From: Ramazzottius varieornatus
Lineage: Eukaryota; Animalia; Tardigrada
Length of the DNA: 64,000 bases
Direction of reading: 5' to 3'
Assembly (NCBI GenBank): GCA_001949185.1
Contig: BDGG01000001.1
Coordinates: forward strand, 921,153 to 985,152
Shown: one piece after another, positions 51,939-63,840 of the stretch
How positions within the stretch are numbered: the first letter of the stretch is position 1
How the letters are laid out: each line of letters begins with the position of its first letter
Notes under the pieces: model-generated
The model's input: the letters and a program-made list of their open reading frames with translations, nothing else
Told to the model about the DNA's origin: nothing
The model's database searches: none
Translations under genes and position numbers: made by a program

Positions 51939-52268
51939 ACAAGAGGATTACGCCAAGCGACATATCCTGATGATCGCACCAACCCAACAGAAAGATAGAG
52001 GAAAGTGTTGCGCACAGTTTAAGCTATTAAACTGGTCCAGATATAATTCTGGAAGGATCTGCGGGAGGCGCGACCACGGGCTCCAAGTTGCTGCAGTGTC
52101 GTACAGTAAAGCTCTTTGATTCATAATTTTGATTGGCTGGGAACTGTTCACCCGATCAGCTNNNNNNNNNNNNNNNNNNNNNNNNNNNNNNNNNNNNNNN
52201 NNNNNNNNNNNTCTTTCTGTTGGGTTGGTGCGATCATCAGGATATGCCGCTTGGCGTGATCCCCTTGT
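51939..52268. repeat. 57-bp inverted repeat abutting an assembly gap (N at 52162-52211)
   Basis: 51939-51995 is the reverse complement of 52212-52268 with about 3 mismatches. Confidence 0.85.
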
Positions 52269-52587
52269 AAGGAACAAGTATCCATTTACGGTAAACGTCC
52301 TTCTACAAAGCTCTTTTGGTTTTTACGTGTCCCGACGAGAACCCAAGCGACAGCGTCGATCTTACCGAAGACGCTCGTTCACTGTCAAGTAGCCCCTAAT
52401 TTTAAGTGGCATAGTCTATGTCCCTGTAAACTACACTGAGATATTACTGACCACGGGTCTTCAGTATACGGTCTTTGCCAGTATTTGAAACTGGCTGCCG
52501 TTTCCCCGAGGTTACCTTCTTCTGAAATTCCTAAAGAGCAAAGTAGCGGGGGATGGCTGAAGAACGAAGGTACTCCGAAGTCTGTTC

Positions 52588-53541
52588 ATGTCCACGCGTT
52601 TTACGACAAAGCCGGAACACCTTCATGGCCAGCTGCGTTTCTTCGTGGCACGTATTCAGTTCATTCGGGCGGCAAACATCAGGCGACATGAAATTCCTTT
52701 CAGCGTCGGCGCCGGAAGCGCCGTGACAATGACTTCCGCCTACGCAGAATGGGCTATAACTGCGGACTATTTTCGGCAGCTTAAACGTTCAGTGCCCTTT
52801 CGCAGCCGAGCCTGGGATAAATTTTATAGTCATCGAACGAGCCTTTGCACTTCCCTTTCCCGCACGCTTCCGCCCTTTGGACTCTTAAAATGCGACATTC
52901 GGTCCCTTCCAGGTCGATTTGGCCCGACTAAAGGTCGCCTTGGTATTCCACTCAATTACCTCCTTTACGTTTTACAACTTGCCTCTGGGCGTGGAGAACG
53001 ACATTACGGGGCCCTTTGGCTGGAACTTAATGAGCTACATAACCTTACCGTGATCCTCAAATGGGGCCTGCAGTTAACATCCCGTATGCAATATCAGCAC
53101 GGCGCTCCCTTGTGTTTAGCAAACATACGTGTGTCGTGTGGCCGTATAGCTCTACAACGTTCCGTTATCGATTGGGCAGCATTCTTTCCTTTCAAGGTTG
53201 CCCTTACAGCCTCCACTGTGTACTCGTTTGTCAGCCATCAGCCGATTACCGCAGGTTGTAATGTGATTATTAGGAAGCTGTATGCATGTGGCCTCGCGCA
53301 GGAACAGCCGAGAGCCTTCGCCGGTTCCCGTAATGAGGACCCATCGCTTTCGGGTAATGTAAACGGGTGCCTGGTTCCCCTTCTTCCACAATATCAACAC
53401 TTCACGCTGAGCAAGTCGAATCGGTCCGATACTACTAGCTGGGCTGTCAACCGTATAAATAGCCGTACTTCTACCGACAGCGTCAGTTCCAGTTTCCCAA
53501 CTGGTCTCTTGACGAGTCGACCACTTTTCTTCTACCTATAG
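52588..53541 (+). other. Unassigned 317-codon ORF
   Basis: Long ATG-initiated ORF with no motif I recognise. The antisense frame is stop-interrupted. Confidence 0.25.
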
Positions 53542-53954
53542 CTATCGGCTGTCAATATTACCGCCCGTTATTTCTTTACCTTTTCCACCATACCGCTTCC
53601 GTTTACCGTTCCCAGTTTCCATAGCTTTCGGGAAGCCCTGGAAAGTAAATTAGAGATCCATTGCACCCACGCTGAGCAAAGAGAATGGCGTTCTGAGTGG
53701 AAAAGCCACTGGTCAATTCACAACGTCGCAGTCTTTCGTCAAGTTTTTCACAAACTAATCAAGCTGTCCACAAGTGGACCTTCCATCGGGCGATTGATTG
53801 ACGAATGCCATTGATTGTTCGCCAATCAGCGGACTCTTTTCGCATTGGCCAGTTCGATTTTGCCTCGTCGTTCCCGTTTTGTCTGGAATCTTTCCTTCGC
53901 ACCCAAGACTTCCCTACCAAGAGTTCTGTTTTCGTTCACGCAACCCCGTGCAAA

Positions 53955-54698
53955 ATGTCTTCGAAAAGTGGCAAGTCGAACCAGAGCGCAGCTGCCCGCA
54001 AGAAGAATCTCAAAGTGGACTTGACTGACAAGCAACGAGCAGGTATATTCCGATGGGAAAAGGATCTTCCGATATATATTACTTCCGTCGCTGAAACTGT
54101 GGTTCTGTATTCTGCAGAAGTAAGGGAAGCGTTTGATCTGTTTGACCCGGATCAGTCGGGCGAAATTGACGGAAAAGATCTGAAGGTAAGATTCTGTGCC
54201 CATAGCTTCGCTCATTTGGCGCATTACATCATCGATTACAGTGGTGCCGCACGGTATATGACGTGACATCATGGGCGACTTGTCGAGCACAGCCCTGCCA
54301 GCAGTTTGTTGCACGAGATTCCTGACGATTTGTGTTACTTTCAGGTTTGTCTTCGCGCATTAGGGTTTGAGCCCAAGAAAGAAGAGATCAAGAGGATGCT
54401 TCAGGATGTCAAAAGTGATGATGGCAAGATAAACTTCGACCAGTTCCTCATCCTCATCACGTCGAAGATGAACGAGAAGGACGCTCACGAAGAAATCCAG
54501 AAAGCCTTTCGACTCTTTGACAGTGATGACACAGGTAAAATAAGCTTTCAGAACCTCAAGAGGGTAGCGCGAGAGCTGGGGGAGAGTCTTACGGATGAAG
54601 AGCTCCGGGAGATGATTGAAGAAGCCGACCTGAATGGCGATGGCGAAGTGGACGAGAAAGAATTTCTGCGCATTATGCAAAAAACTGGTCTTTACTAG
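53955..54698 (+). CDS. Centrin (caltractin, centrin-1/2 type EF-hand protein), three exons
   Basis: LTDKQRA|[23 protein letters not shown]|[16 protein letters not shown]...[27 protein letters not shown]...KTGLY*. Confidence 0.93.
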
Positions 54699-55641
54699 AA
54701 TTTCAACGATAAAAGCTTTCGATCCGTCTTTTAATTTTTTCTAACGAACAGTCCACTCTTCAGCATTCCTGCACTTTAGCTCTTGTGTATTTTCTATCTC
54801 TATATTTTCAACTGAAGGCCACTTCAGAAATTAATTATTCAACGTCCTTTCAGCGAATATTGTCGATACCGAAGTTTTCGGAGCACAACGGGATCTTTTA
54901 ACCTTGTTTAGATACGATGATTAAAGGACGTTCAAGGCAATCAGTACAAGTGTTATGCACTATTTTTCCTTCTCAACTAGCACTTTCCAGGAAAGTGTCG
55001 TTGCCAGAGATGCATAGGTAAACAGGCTCTCATGACGTTGATGAGGACAAGTCTACACGCACGTCCTTCCCTTTCTGACACCTGAGCCATTACATTGTTG
55101 TCTAGGTTCCACCTCAAAGTGTACCCAAGTTGACATTAACGACGCAGTTAGGGCGGCACCCGGGACATCATCACGAGTTCCATTATTCTGAGGAAGAAAC
55201 AAGAGAAGAGAACACAAACGTCACAACGGTTCAAATTTCAAACAGAAGACCTATCAAATCAAGAATCAACAGTCAACCCACACGTGCGTACTTCCTGGTT
55301 CGCAGTCCAGCAGAAACATATATTTACACCCCACAACTCCACGGTTACACAACGCCAGACCTTGGATTCTGATTGGCTGGTTTACTAAGAACGAAGAAGA
55401 ATTCAACATAAAAAGTAAAGAGCCACATTGAGCTGTGGAATCAGCTGGGCTTTCAAAACAGAAAACATCTAGGACCTTGTCGAGGGTAAGTCTAAGTTGG
55501 ACACTAAACTCAGGCCTTAAGACAGAGAAGGCTCAACTGTACTACGTGTAGAAAACAGACACTAGGTCAACTCGTGGACGAGGAAGACTTTGTATGGGTC
55601 GCCGTCCGTACTTTGTGCGTGAGAAGAAAGCAGCGCGGGGT

Positions 55642-56814
55642 TTATGAAAGACTGCCGACTAACATTCCGCGGTCGTTAAAGGACGATCTACAGATCTTTG
55701 GATCGATGAAAAACCATCGGTATCTGAACCATATTCTGTCGGGAACAAAAAAGCAGCAGACATTAGGCAATGCGAACTTCCCGAATGGAAAAAAGACCAC
55801 ATATGACAGAGGTTTCACGCCCGTTTGACTCACTTTGTGCTTTTCCGGTCTTGTCCATCACAAGACAGTTCGGTACTCCACTTGGATTCGGCCTCGTTGG
55901 CAGCCGGAATGTCCGGTCCAAAAATGAAGCAACTGAAGTTGTCGATCTTGTCATCGTAGCGCATGGTGTTTACGTCTTCAGCACGGACACGTACGTCTAC
56001 GCTCTGCAAAACACGACAAACTATCATTACTTGAATCTGGTAGCTTTGGTACCATACAAAAAGACTAACAGGAAGCTAAAACTTACGCGGACAGACTTTC
56101 CGCAGACATTCCGAGAGATAGTCTTGTTGACCACCGGTGAATTTAAATCTTCCGCAGTCAGCAGTGCAGTATAGTTCCGATGAGATGTAGAGTCAGCGCC
56201 AAAGTCATGGTTTTGTCGTTCTCTACAACGTGAAGTTCAGTTAAGCAAATATGTTCGATCACGATACGAAGGACCCTCGAAAATAATTTGGAAGTTGGGC
56301 GTACAAACTCGACAAGATTCCAAGTCGCGCACGCATTCAGCGACTAACACTGATAGCATGCGCCACCAGGGAAAATAAACTTAGCGAGCAGGGTAGTTTT
56401 CCAAGTGGCGCACACTGCTAATCAGTAAGGCCAAATGTTTGCGCCGGTTAAAATGCGGATCTTGTCGAGTTCGTTCGCCAAGCTCCCACCTCGGTATTCA
56501 ACTTACTTGTCAATGAAAATCCTGAGCTCCGGGCCACATATGCCCAAAGGTTCGTCACAAGAGATACCGTTGTGTTCAACAACTTGGTCGTTTTCCAAGT
56601 GAAGAGGCCAAGCCTCGATCCGAAAGAACCCTTTGACTTCGGGGTACTTGCTGATGTCCACCAGATGCTGTGCTCGGTCTACCCGGCCCCCCTTGATCAC
56701 TGCCACCGATGACAGGAAAAAGATGCCCCAGGCTTCGATAGGCATGGCGGCAGCACCAGTTGCGCATGCCACAGACGACAGGAAGAAAATGCCCCACATC
56801 TCGATCGGATCCAT
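55642..56814 (-). CDS. Secreted C2-like beta-sandwich protein of the tardigrade AMNP (anhydrobiosis-related Mn-dependent peroxidase)-like family; exons 56814-56507, 56222-56087, 56003-55834 and 55735-55642 (235 aa)
   Basis: Four GT-AG exons sum to 708 nt in frame. Motifs KGFFRIE, NGISCDEPLGIC, DFGAD, KTISRNVCGKS, VRVRAED...DDKIDNFSC, WSTELSCDGQDR and IWFRYRW...C resemble the AMNP family as I recall it (not searched). Confidence 0.75.
56292..56490. repeat. Fold-back repeat family member (2 units) in intron 1 of the AMNP-like gene
   Basis: Outer perfect IR AACTCGACAAGAT/ATCTTGTCGAGTT; units at 56322-56368 and 56403-56449, both with N25 spacers. Confidence 0.82.
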
Positions 56815-57945
56815 TTTTTTCCAGGAAAACCGGGACTTCGGAGAAAAATCAAACGATGAAGGACGTGGGAAGGTTGGGGAATTCCTGGCACTCCGCGAAA
56901 AGGTGCACCTCTGTACCCGCCTTCATACGGCTTTCGGAAACTGGCGGTAGTGGTCGAAATGTGGCCGGAAGACCTTGAATTGGACTTTGTGGTGGAGTCC
57001 ACCGCGAAACTTGCCTTGGTTGGAACTTGAAAGGCAGGTGTAAAGTCGAGAAGCGCAGGTTGTAACCTTGTAATGAATACCAACACGGAAGAACGATAGT
57101 CGTGCACACAGGCAGATACGATTTTACCCCGGAAGTCACGAAGTCTACAAAAATCACCAGTAAATAACACTTGCGTGCAGAAAATTCAAAGTAATGAGAA
57201 ATGAGCAGCTGGATTGTTCATTCACACTTGGAAGAAAATTCGTACGGCACTTCGTCACAAGTTTTGCGGAAAAGTTTGAAGATATTCAACGTGAGTTTCC
57301 GCCTAAAGATGAGTTCCTCGTGATATCGTGACGCATTTCTGGGTTTACCAGTCTACCTTACATCGCCGGCTTCTCTACCACATACGTTCGTTTGAGTGTG
57401 GATCTTTGTCCTAGAGTGGAGGTAACAAGTAAGTAAATTCCGTGGAGACCGACGACTCCCGCGCAGCGCGTTGATGGAAAAACAAGCGTGGTCATGTATG
57501 AATGGATGACGAACTGCCACTTCAGACTGATCTTACCGGCACGTCCTAGGTCAACACCACCTGAATGAGAAGCCGGAAATATGTTCATCGGCTAACAGAC
57601 GTCACATGGCGTCAACTTGACAAGACTAATGTCTGTCACGCGTAACGGGATTTTTATGCATGATCAATGCGAATTATTAGTTTCTCCACAAGACACTCTT
57701 ACAAAGCGAGGTATAGAAAAACGTACAGACCGACGAGTTCACGTTTGAATTTTTGAAGTTTCTGTGGTTGATCAAGGCGAGCAAGACGTGCAATAAAACT
57801 AAAAAAATATGTAACACTCACATTTAGGTGGCACCTGCGTTCCTTCCCTCGAGTCCGTCCAACCGGTCGTCGGGAAGAACTTCCGCTTTTAGCTCTGCGA
57901 GTAAACAAAAGACAAGGCGTCAAACTTGGTCAACTCGCAGGTGAG

Positions 57946-60015
57946 TCAGATACTAAACTTCAACTTACTTTTGCGTTCACTGTTGTCCGAAGAATCCAAA
58001 CTGCCTTCACCACTGTCAGGAGAATCGAGAGGACGTTTCGACCCGACGTGCTCCGGTAAATTCATCGTCCCTTGTGGCGACCCTGCAGCTCCGTCAGGTA
58101 CCGGCCTCTTCGTCTTCGTGTCGTCTTCGTCTTCCGAATTGGAAGATGAGCTGGACGAGGACGAACAACTACTGCTGGAATCCGACTGGACGCCCGTCGA
58201 ACGCTGTAGATCGACCTGATCTGCCATGTCAGCGATCTCTGGCCGTTTGGCTCGGAGGACAGCATACCACTTCTGGGAGAGCTTCGGTCGACCGCGAACT
58301 GTCTTGTGCCAGACCACAGGGAAGTTCACACGACTGAAAGAAGCACGGGAATATTCAGATGCAAGCCGAAACCTTCGGGCACTCTTATCGCTTACCAGTC
58401 ATAATCGTCTGTGGTGTCGGCCCAGATCGTTATCTGAAGTGGCGCACGTTCACATTGTAATCAGTAAAGAGCGCGCGCCACTTGAAAACAGTCCGGGTGA
58501 AAAATCATTTGCCGACGTTCAACTGTTAAAATGTTGCCGGGCAAGAGGAAACTTACCTCGCGAAGTTCTGCGTGACGGCGACAGTGTCCGTCAAGTTGAC
58601 AACGACGTGCCACCTGGAAGAAAAACGATGGTCGAACCGGAAAATCTCAGAAGAGCTGCGCATTTCTCGCATTTGTCCACTTACCATCCTCCCGGTACAA
58701 AGACAGTCTCGCCCGGTTTCTGTAGAATTTCCAGCTGGAAAAGGAGGTCAGAATATGAAGTCGAGTTTCTTTTTCGGTATTAGGCGAGACTAACTTACAG
58801 GTTTGTGTTCAGCAGGCCAAGAGGGTAACTGCGTCTTCGGGTATACGCACTGGAACCACGACACGGCTTCGTTGGTCTGTTTAGGCGCTTCTCTCTTCTG
58901 AACTTTCAGAGCTTCTTTCTGGACGGCGGTGGGGAAGAGACACCATCTCTTATAGCCATGGACAAGGGCATTCCAAGCACTGGTCCCTAGTGGATCAATG
59001 TGGATGCCCGTCCCGGACCTGGCGGGACCCAGCACGAACCATCGATAGGGCGGACGACGCTTTTGATCGGCGTACTCGAATAGATCGTCAGCAAAGTACT
59101 CGGGAATACTGTAATCTTTAAGTAAGGCTTTCTCACCGGTCCTCTATCGGAATAAACCATTTACTTTCACGTTCAGCGAGAATGATTTTAAAGTCGAAAC
59201 TGGAGAGTTTACCTCGGCGAAGCTGCTATCGAAAATATACATCGGACTATCATCGTCCGTCTCTTTCATGTATCGCAGATAATGCTTCAGTTTCAATCTC
59301 ACTGAATATCCTTCATCGTCCTCTCCAACCTTAAAGCGATCTTCCCCGTAAAGCTCCTGCAAGGCCTGCAAAAGAAATATTGAAGAACGTGTCTTTCGAC
59401 AACCGGAAATCAAGTTTCAACGACAGAAAACAGCTGTTTTCCCAAGTGGCGCACGTTGCCAGTGTTGTCGGCTGAAAGTGTGCGCCACTTCAGATGACGA
59501 TTTTCCAAGTTTCGTTTGCCAGCCTCCAGTCTCACAAAACGCTCCCGTACCACGTCGTGTTAAACAAAAGCTGATACAGCAACCCATCACATGGCACCAA
59601 CGTTTTTTCTGAACTCGCACCCTTGAAAATGAATGTGGAAAATATTCCTACCTCATAATTCCAGTTTGTCTGCGCTTTCCATCCTAGCTGCGAGTTGCGA
59701 ATCACAACGGGTTCATACGGACGTTCATATTCCTCAATAAACTGCTCATGTGGCACAAGAGTCGCGTCAATCCGAGGAACATTGTCGATGAAGGCATCGA
59801 GAGAAAAAGCGAAGAGTTTGGCATAGTTGAGAGCATTCCAGTCAGCGGCAGTTTTCAGTTCTGTAACGAGACAGCATTCTCAAAAATTAGTACTTTTGTA
59901 TTTTAACACTTGTATCTTGTCTAAGCTATCTATTCAACTTACCAGAGCGCGATGCTTCCTTTGCCTCCGCGAGCTTGGAGAAGTATTCTTCGTCATGTTC
60001 GTTTCTCTCATCCAT
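57946..60015 (-). CDS. JMJD6: JmjC-domain hydroxylase JMJD6 (PSR), multi-exon
   Basis: [78 protein letters not shown] and a poly-Ser tail. Confidence 0.95.
58410..58530. repeat. Fold-back repeat family member (1 unit), JMJD6 intron
   Basis: AAGTGGCGCAC-N25-GCGCGCCACTT at 58437-58483; outer TCATTTGCCGACG is shared with the 31.9-kb copy. Confidence 0.85.
59415..59530. repeat. Fold-back repeat family member (1 unit), JMJD6 intron
   Basis: AAGTGGCGCAC-N25-GTGCGCCACTT at 59444-59490. Confidence 0.85.
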
Positions 60016-60669
60016 TAACAAGTTGGCTTTCCGACCAAATCACCACATCACAGGAGACAGACGATCCTGACGATGTTTCGCTTCTACTCCTCGCTCCTTT
60101 CACTTCACAAGTATGCCCATCGTTCTCCACTCGTCGTCAACTGAAGGATACTTCCAGCTCCAGGAGTCTCCAGTACTCCGGAGTCCGGATCCAGTTATTC
60201 CAGATCAGAAATCAGAATGTCGGATTTCAGAATCCAGTTCAAACAAAACGGATCAATCAACTCTTTGGATCAAACCAGAACCACTCGAACTGACATCACC
60301 CTACTGACGCTTCACGAAGGTGCCGAACTACGTCATAATCCGCATAACAATCAAAGGCTCGATGAAGTACATTCTCGTGTACTGTGGCGTAAATACGGCA
60401 CCTTCAATGCACTGCATCATAGCAATATGACACGTCATGGTGATGTCAGTTTTGATACCCGGAAGTTTCCTTCACGAAATCTCTAATTTTATGTCCTTCC
60501 GTTCCGCCTTCTCGCAACCGATCGAATTAGAAAGATAAAGATGACAGTTTTATTCGGCAAATTAGCAGAAGTAGGACGTCAGTACAACAGCTAAAATCAA
60601 ACAGTACAAAACCGCCGGGAAATTCAATGTCTATCAGCTGTTATAATGGCATGGTCCGTCAACGAAAGC

Positions 60670-62821
60670 TTATGGAGCCAATCTTTTCGGATCACGAGGG
60701 AACATGGACGTTTTACGAATGTTATCCAAACCTAAGTACAGCATAACAACTCGCTCCAAGCCGATACCACCTCCTCCGTGTGGATAGCATCCATACTTGA
60801 AGGCGTCAATGTAGGACTGGATCTTCGACAAGTCGATACCGTGGTGCTTGGAACGTTCTGTCAGCAAGGCCGGGTCGTGTATTCGCTGTGCTCCTGACAG
60901 GATCTCTTCACCGCGCATGAACATGTCGTAGGAGTTGGAGAGCCTGAAACGAAAAGAAAGTCATCACGATTCACGACACGCGACGAAAAAGTTCCGAACC
61001 GAAAACTATACAGCGGCTGATTGTAAGGTCCGAAAGGTCTACCATAACGCTAGGGATACGATAGACCGTACAGCTCACCGTTTGAAAAATCATCTTATTC
61101 TTCAGGACACGTAAACTCATTTCTTGGGCGTTTTCCAGTTCTTACCGTGGGTTATTCGGGTCCGGCATGGTGTAGAACGGTCGAACGGCGAGTGGGTACT
61201 TGTCCAAAATGAAGAAGTCAGTGTCATACTTGGCTTTAACGAGCTTCCCGAGCAGCTTCTCATTCGGAGTGCTCAGGTCAGCGTCATCCTCCATCTCCAC
61301 GCCAGCTTCTCTTAACATCTGCACACCTTGGGTATATTCCAGTCGTAAAGCTGGCTCCAAGAACGTGAACGGCTGTGCTGGATACTGCTTGTTCACCGTG
61401 CTGATTTCATCGGCGTAATTGTCGCGCAAACCCTGGAACGAAGGAAATTCAGTCACACGTAAGTTGATTGAAGATCCATTGATTGATCAGCAAGGTAAAA
61501 CTGTCTCACCTTGAATATTTCAACGAATAACTGACCGATGGTGTCTGTCACCTCATGGTAGTGATAGCTAAAGGCCATCTCAAGATCCAGGCCGATGAAC
61601 TCAGTTAAATGACGGTGAGTGTTGGAATCTTCGGCGCGGAAGACGGAACCAATAGTGTAGACACGGTTGAAGTCGGAAGCGATGGCCATTTGCTTGTAGA
61701 ACTGCGGGCTTTGGGCGAGGTAGGCGCTGGACTTGAAGTAACTGACGGTGAAGACGTTGGCACCACCTTCGCTGGCTGCTTGGATGATCTTCGGCGTGTG
61801 GATCTCGACGAAGCCTTTGGCGTCCAAGGCGTTACGGAAGAGCTTACAGACGCCAGCTTCCAGGCGGAAGATTGCTTGGTTGGTCGTTGTGCGTAGATCC
61901 AAGACGCGATTGTCCAGTCTGGTGTCCTGCAACAAACAGGGAATAACACTTCCCAATGTTCGCAACGCTACTTCCACAAGTCTGGTTCAAACTTTCAAAT
62001 TTCAAGAAAATAAAGGAAACAGCAACGGTCACAAAACAGACACCACTTCGTCTGATTGATGCATGACCACGCCAAGGCGCCGTTATGGACGGTGGCCCGT
62101 GTGGCGGTATCGTGGTAACAGCATCAAACAAGACAAACAATCTTCGGCAATAGGACTCGTTTCGCTCATTAATCAAGTCTATATTCAACAAAGGCAAAAT
62201 TACTTGGTTGACGCTAATCTGCGGTCCAGTAGCGTCTTCAGCCTTCTCCGATCGTGAGGCATCCTCGATCAGCAGAGGTAACCTGGCTTCCGCAGAGCTG
62301 ACAACAAAGATTTGCTCGACGTGAAGCTCCACATCTTGCTGCGAGCAGCTGTCGATCGTCTGGTCCACTTTCCTTACAACGCCGTAAACATCGACGATGG
62401 ATTCTTTGCTGATTCCCGCAGCAAACTTGACCATCTGCTTCGATACTTTATCCCCGACAGCTACCAAGGCTTGTACCGTGTACTGTTGTTGTCGTAGGAC
62501 GAAGAAGCACTGCTTCCCTTTAGCTCTGCTGGTCTGCAGACGCCCGCGAATCCAGACGAGTTGATCGGCTAAAGTCGCTGTCAGGTCTTTCACGATGGTC
62601 AAGTCACGGTCCACTTTCTCCTTTGACTGATTTAGAGCAGTAAGACCGTACTTGTCTTTAGCAAAATCTTCGGTTTCGACTTCAGCAGAAGCATCCCCTG
62701 ATGCAGTCTTCTTCTCGGCGATTATCTCCGCTTTCTTCGCTGCTTTCTCGGCTTTCTTGGCAGCATTCTTGGACACTTTTTCCGCGTTTTCCTTCTGATC
62801 CTTCTCAACAATGTCAGCCAT
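60670..62821 (-). CDS. DARS1: Cytoplasmic aspartyl-tRNA synthetase, four coding exons
   Basis: [62 protein letters not shown] and [10 protein letters not shown]. Confidence 0.96.
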
Positions 62822-63597
62822 TGCTCCCAGTTGCTGGCACCTGCAAAAGAAATACACAGATATCAAGTGTGAAGGGTGAAGATATTGCGGCTACAAGCCT
62901 ACAAACACGTACGAGGGAAGAAGCCGAAGGAAAGTCAAGAAACTGACACGTGAAAACCAGAATCAAAAGTCAAAATAGACCGGTCGACGTTTTACCTCGA
63001 AGAGGCCATTACGTCACAGATATCCTTGTTACTCACTGGACAGTGATTGAGTACCTTCTACACTACGATGACGACGTAAGTTGATGAACGAAAAGGGACT
63101 GGCGAAAATCGAGCCGATTTTGCATCAGACATCAGCACTCAGTAGCTGCCTGACACTTCGACTGCGACGGCGGAATCGACGCTCAAACCTCCGTTCCGCA
63201 GAACGGCTGAACGTCGCATGCGGCGTTTCAACCAGCGGTGGACGGATGATTTTCTCATCGAATAACTAAACACGGAACGGCGCAACATCACCCAGTGCAG
63301 CCTAAACCAGGAACGGCAATCAGTCGATCAGTATTTTTCTTGTATGAAAAATATCGTTCCGAATGTCCTTCGAACACAAGGTCTCCTGTTTAGTAGGATA
63401 GAATCTGCGCACTGATAACAAAATTGGTTTAGCCCTTTGTAACACTTCATGCCAGGTCATACCTGACAGCTGAGAAAATCTCGATGTTATGCTGAGAAAA
63501 TCTCCATATTATGTCGAGAGAATCATCCGTCCACCGCTGGTCAGTGTTCCGATTATCGTAATATATAATTGAAAATGGCTGATTTTGGTAAGGTTGT

Positions 63598-63657
63598 AAA
63601 TTCCTAATTCCATTCCTTTCCGAATTCCGTTCCATTCCTGGAATTCCGTTCCGTTCC
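63598..63657. repeat. Short (GGAAY)n-like pentamer array
   Basis: Minus strand reads GGAACGGAACGGAATTCCAGGAATGGAACGGAATTCGGAAAGGAATGGAATTAGGAATT. Confidence 0.7.
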
Positions 63658-63814
63658 AAGAGTAGCTGTTTGGAACGGTGAAATGCCTATTTGGAAGACT
63701 ACCAAAAATCGGATAAAATTTAGGAATTCCACGAGGTAAACAGTCGAAGATCCAGCAGATCCTGTCAGAAAACTGAACCCGATGCTGGCTCACACATGCG
63801 TACCACTGAGGCTG

Positions 63815-63840
63815 ATTGGTCGTTCAGTTGAACGACCAAT
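63815..63840. promoter_or_regulatory. 12-bp palindrome carrying CCAAT boxes on both strands
   Basis: ATTGGTCGTTCA-GT-TGAACGACCAAT. The palindrome is seen directly; the regulatory role is inferred. Confidence 0.4.

Noticed and set aside
48305-54698. Proximity of the ciliary/basal-body genes CIBAR and centrin as a functional cluster
   Set aside because: Only two genes, separated by unrelated sequence; consistent with chance.
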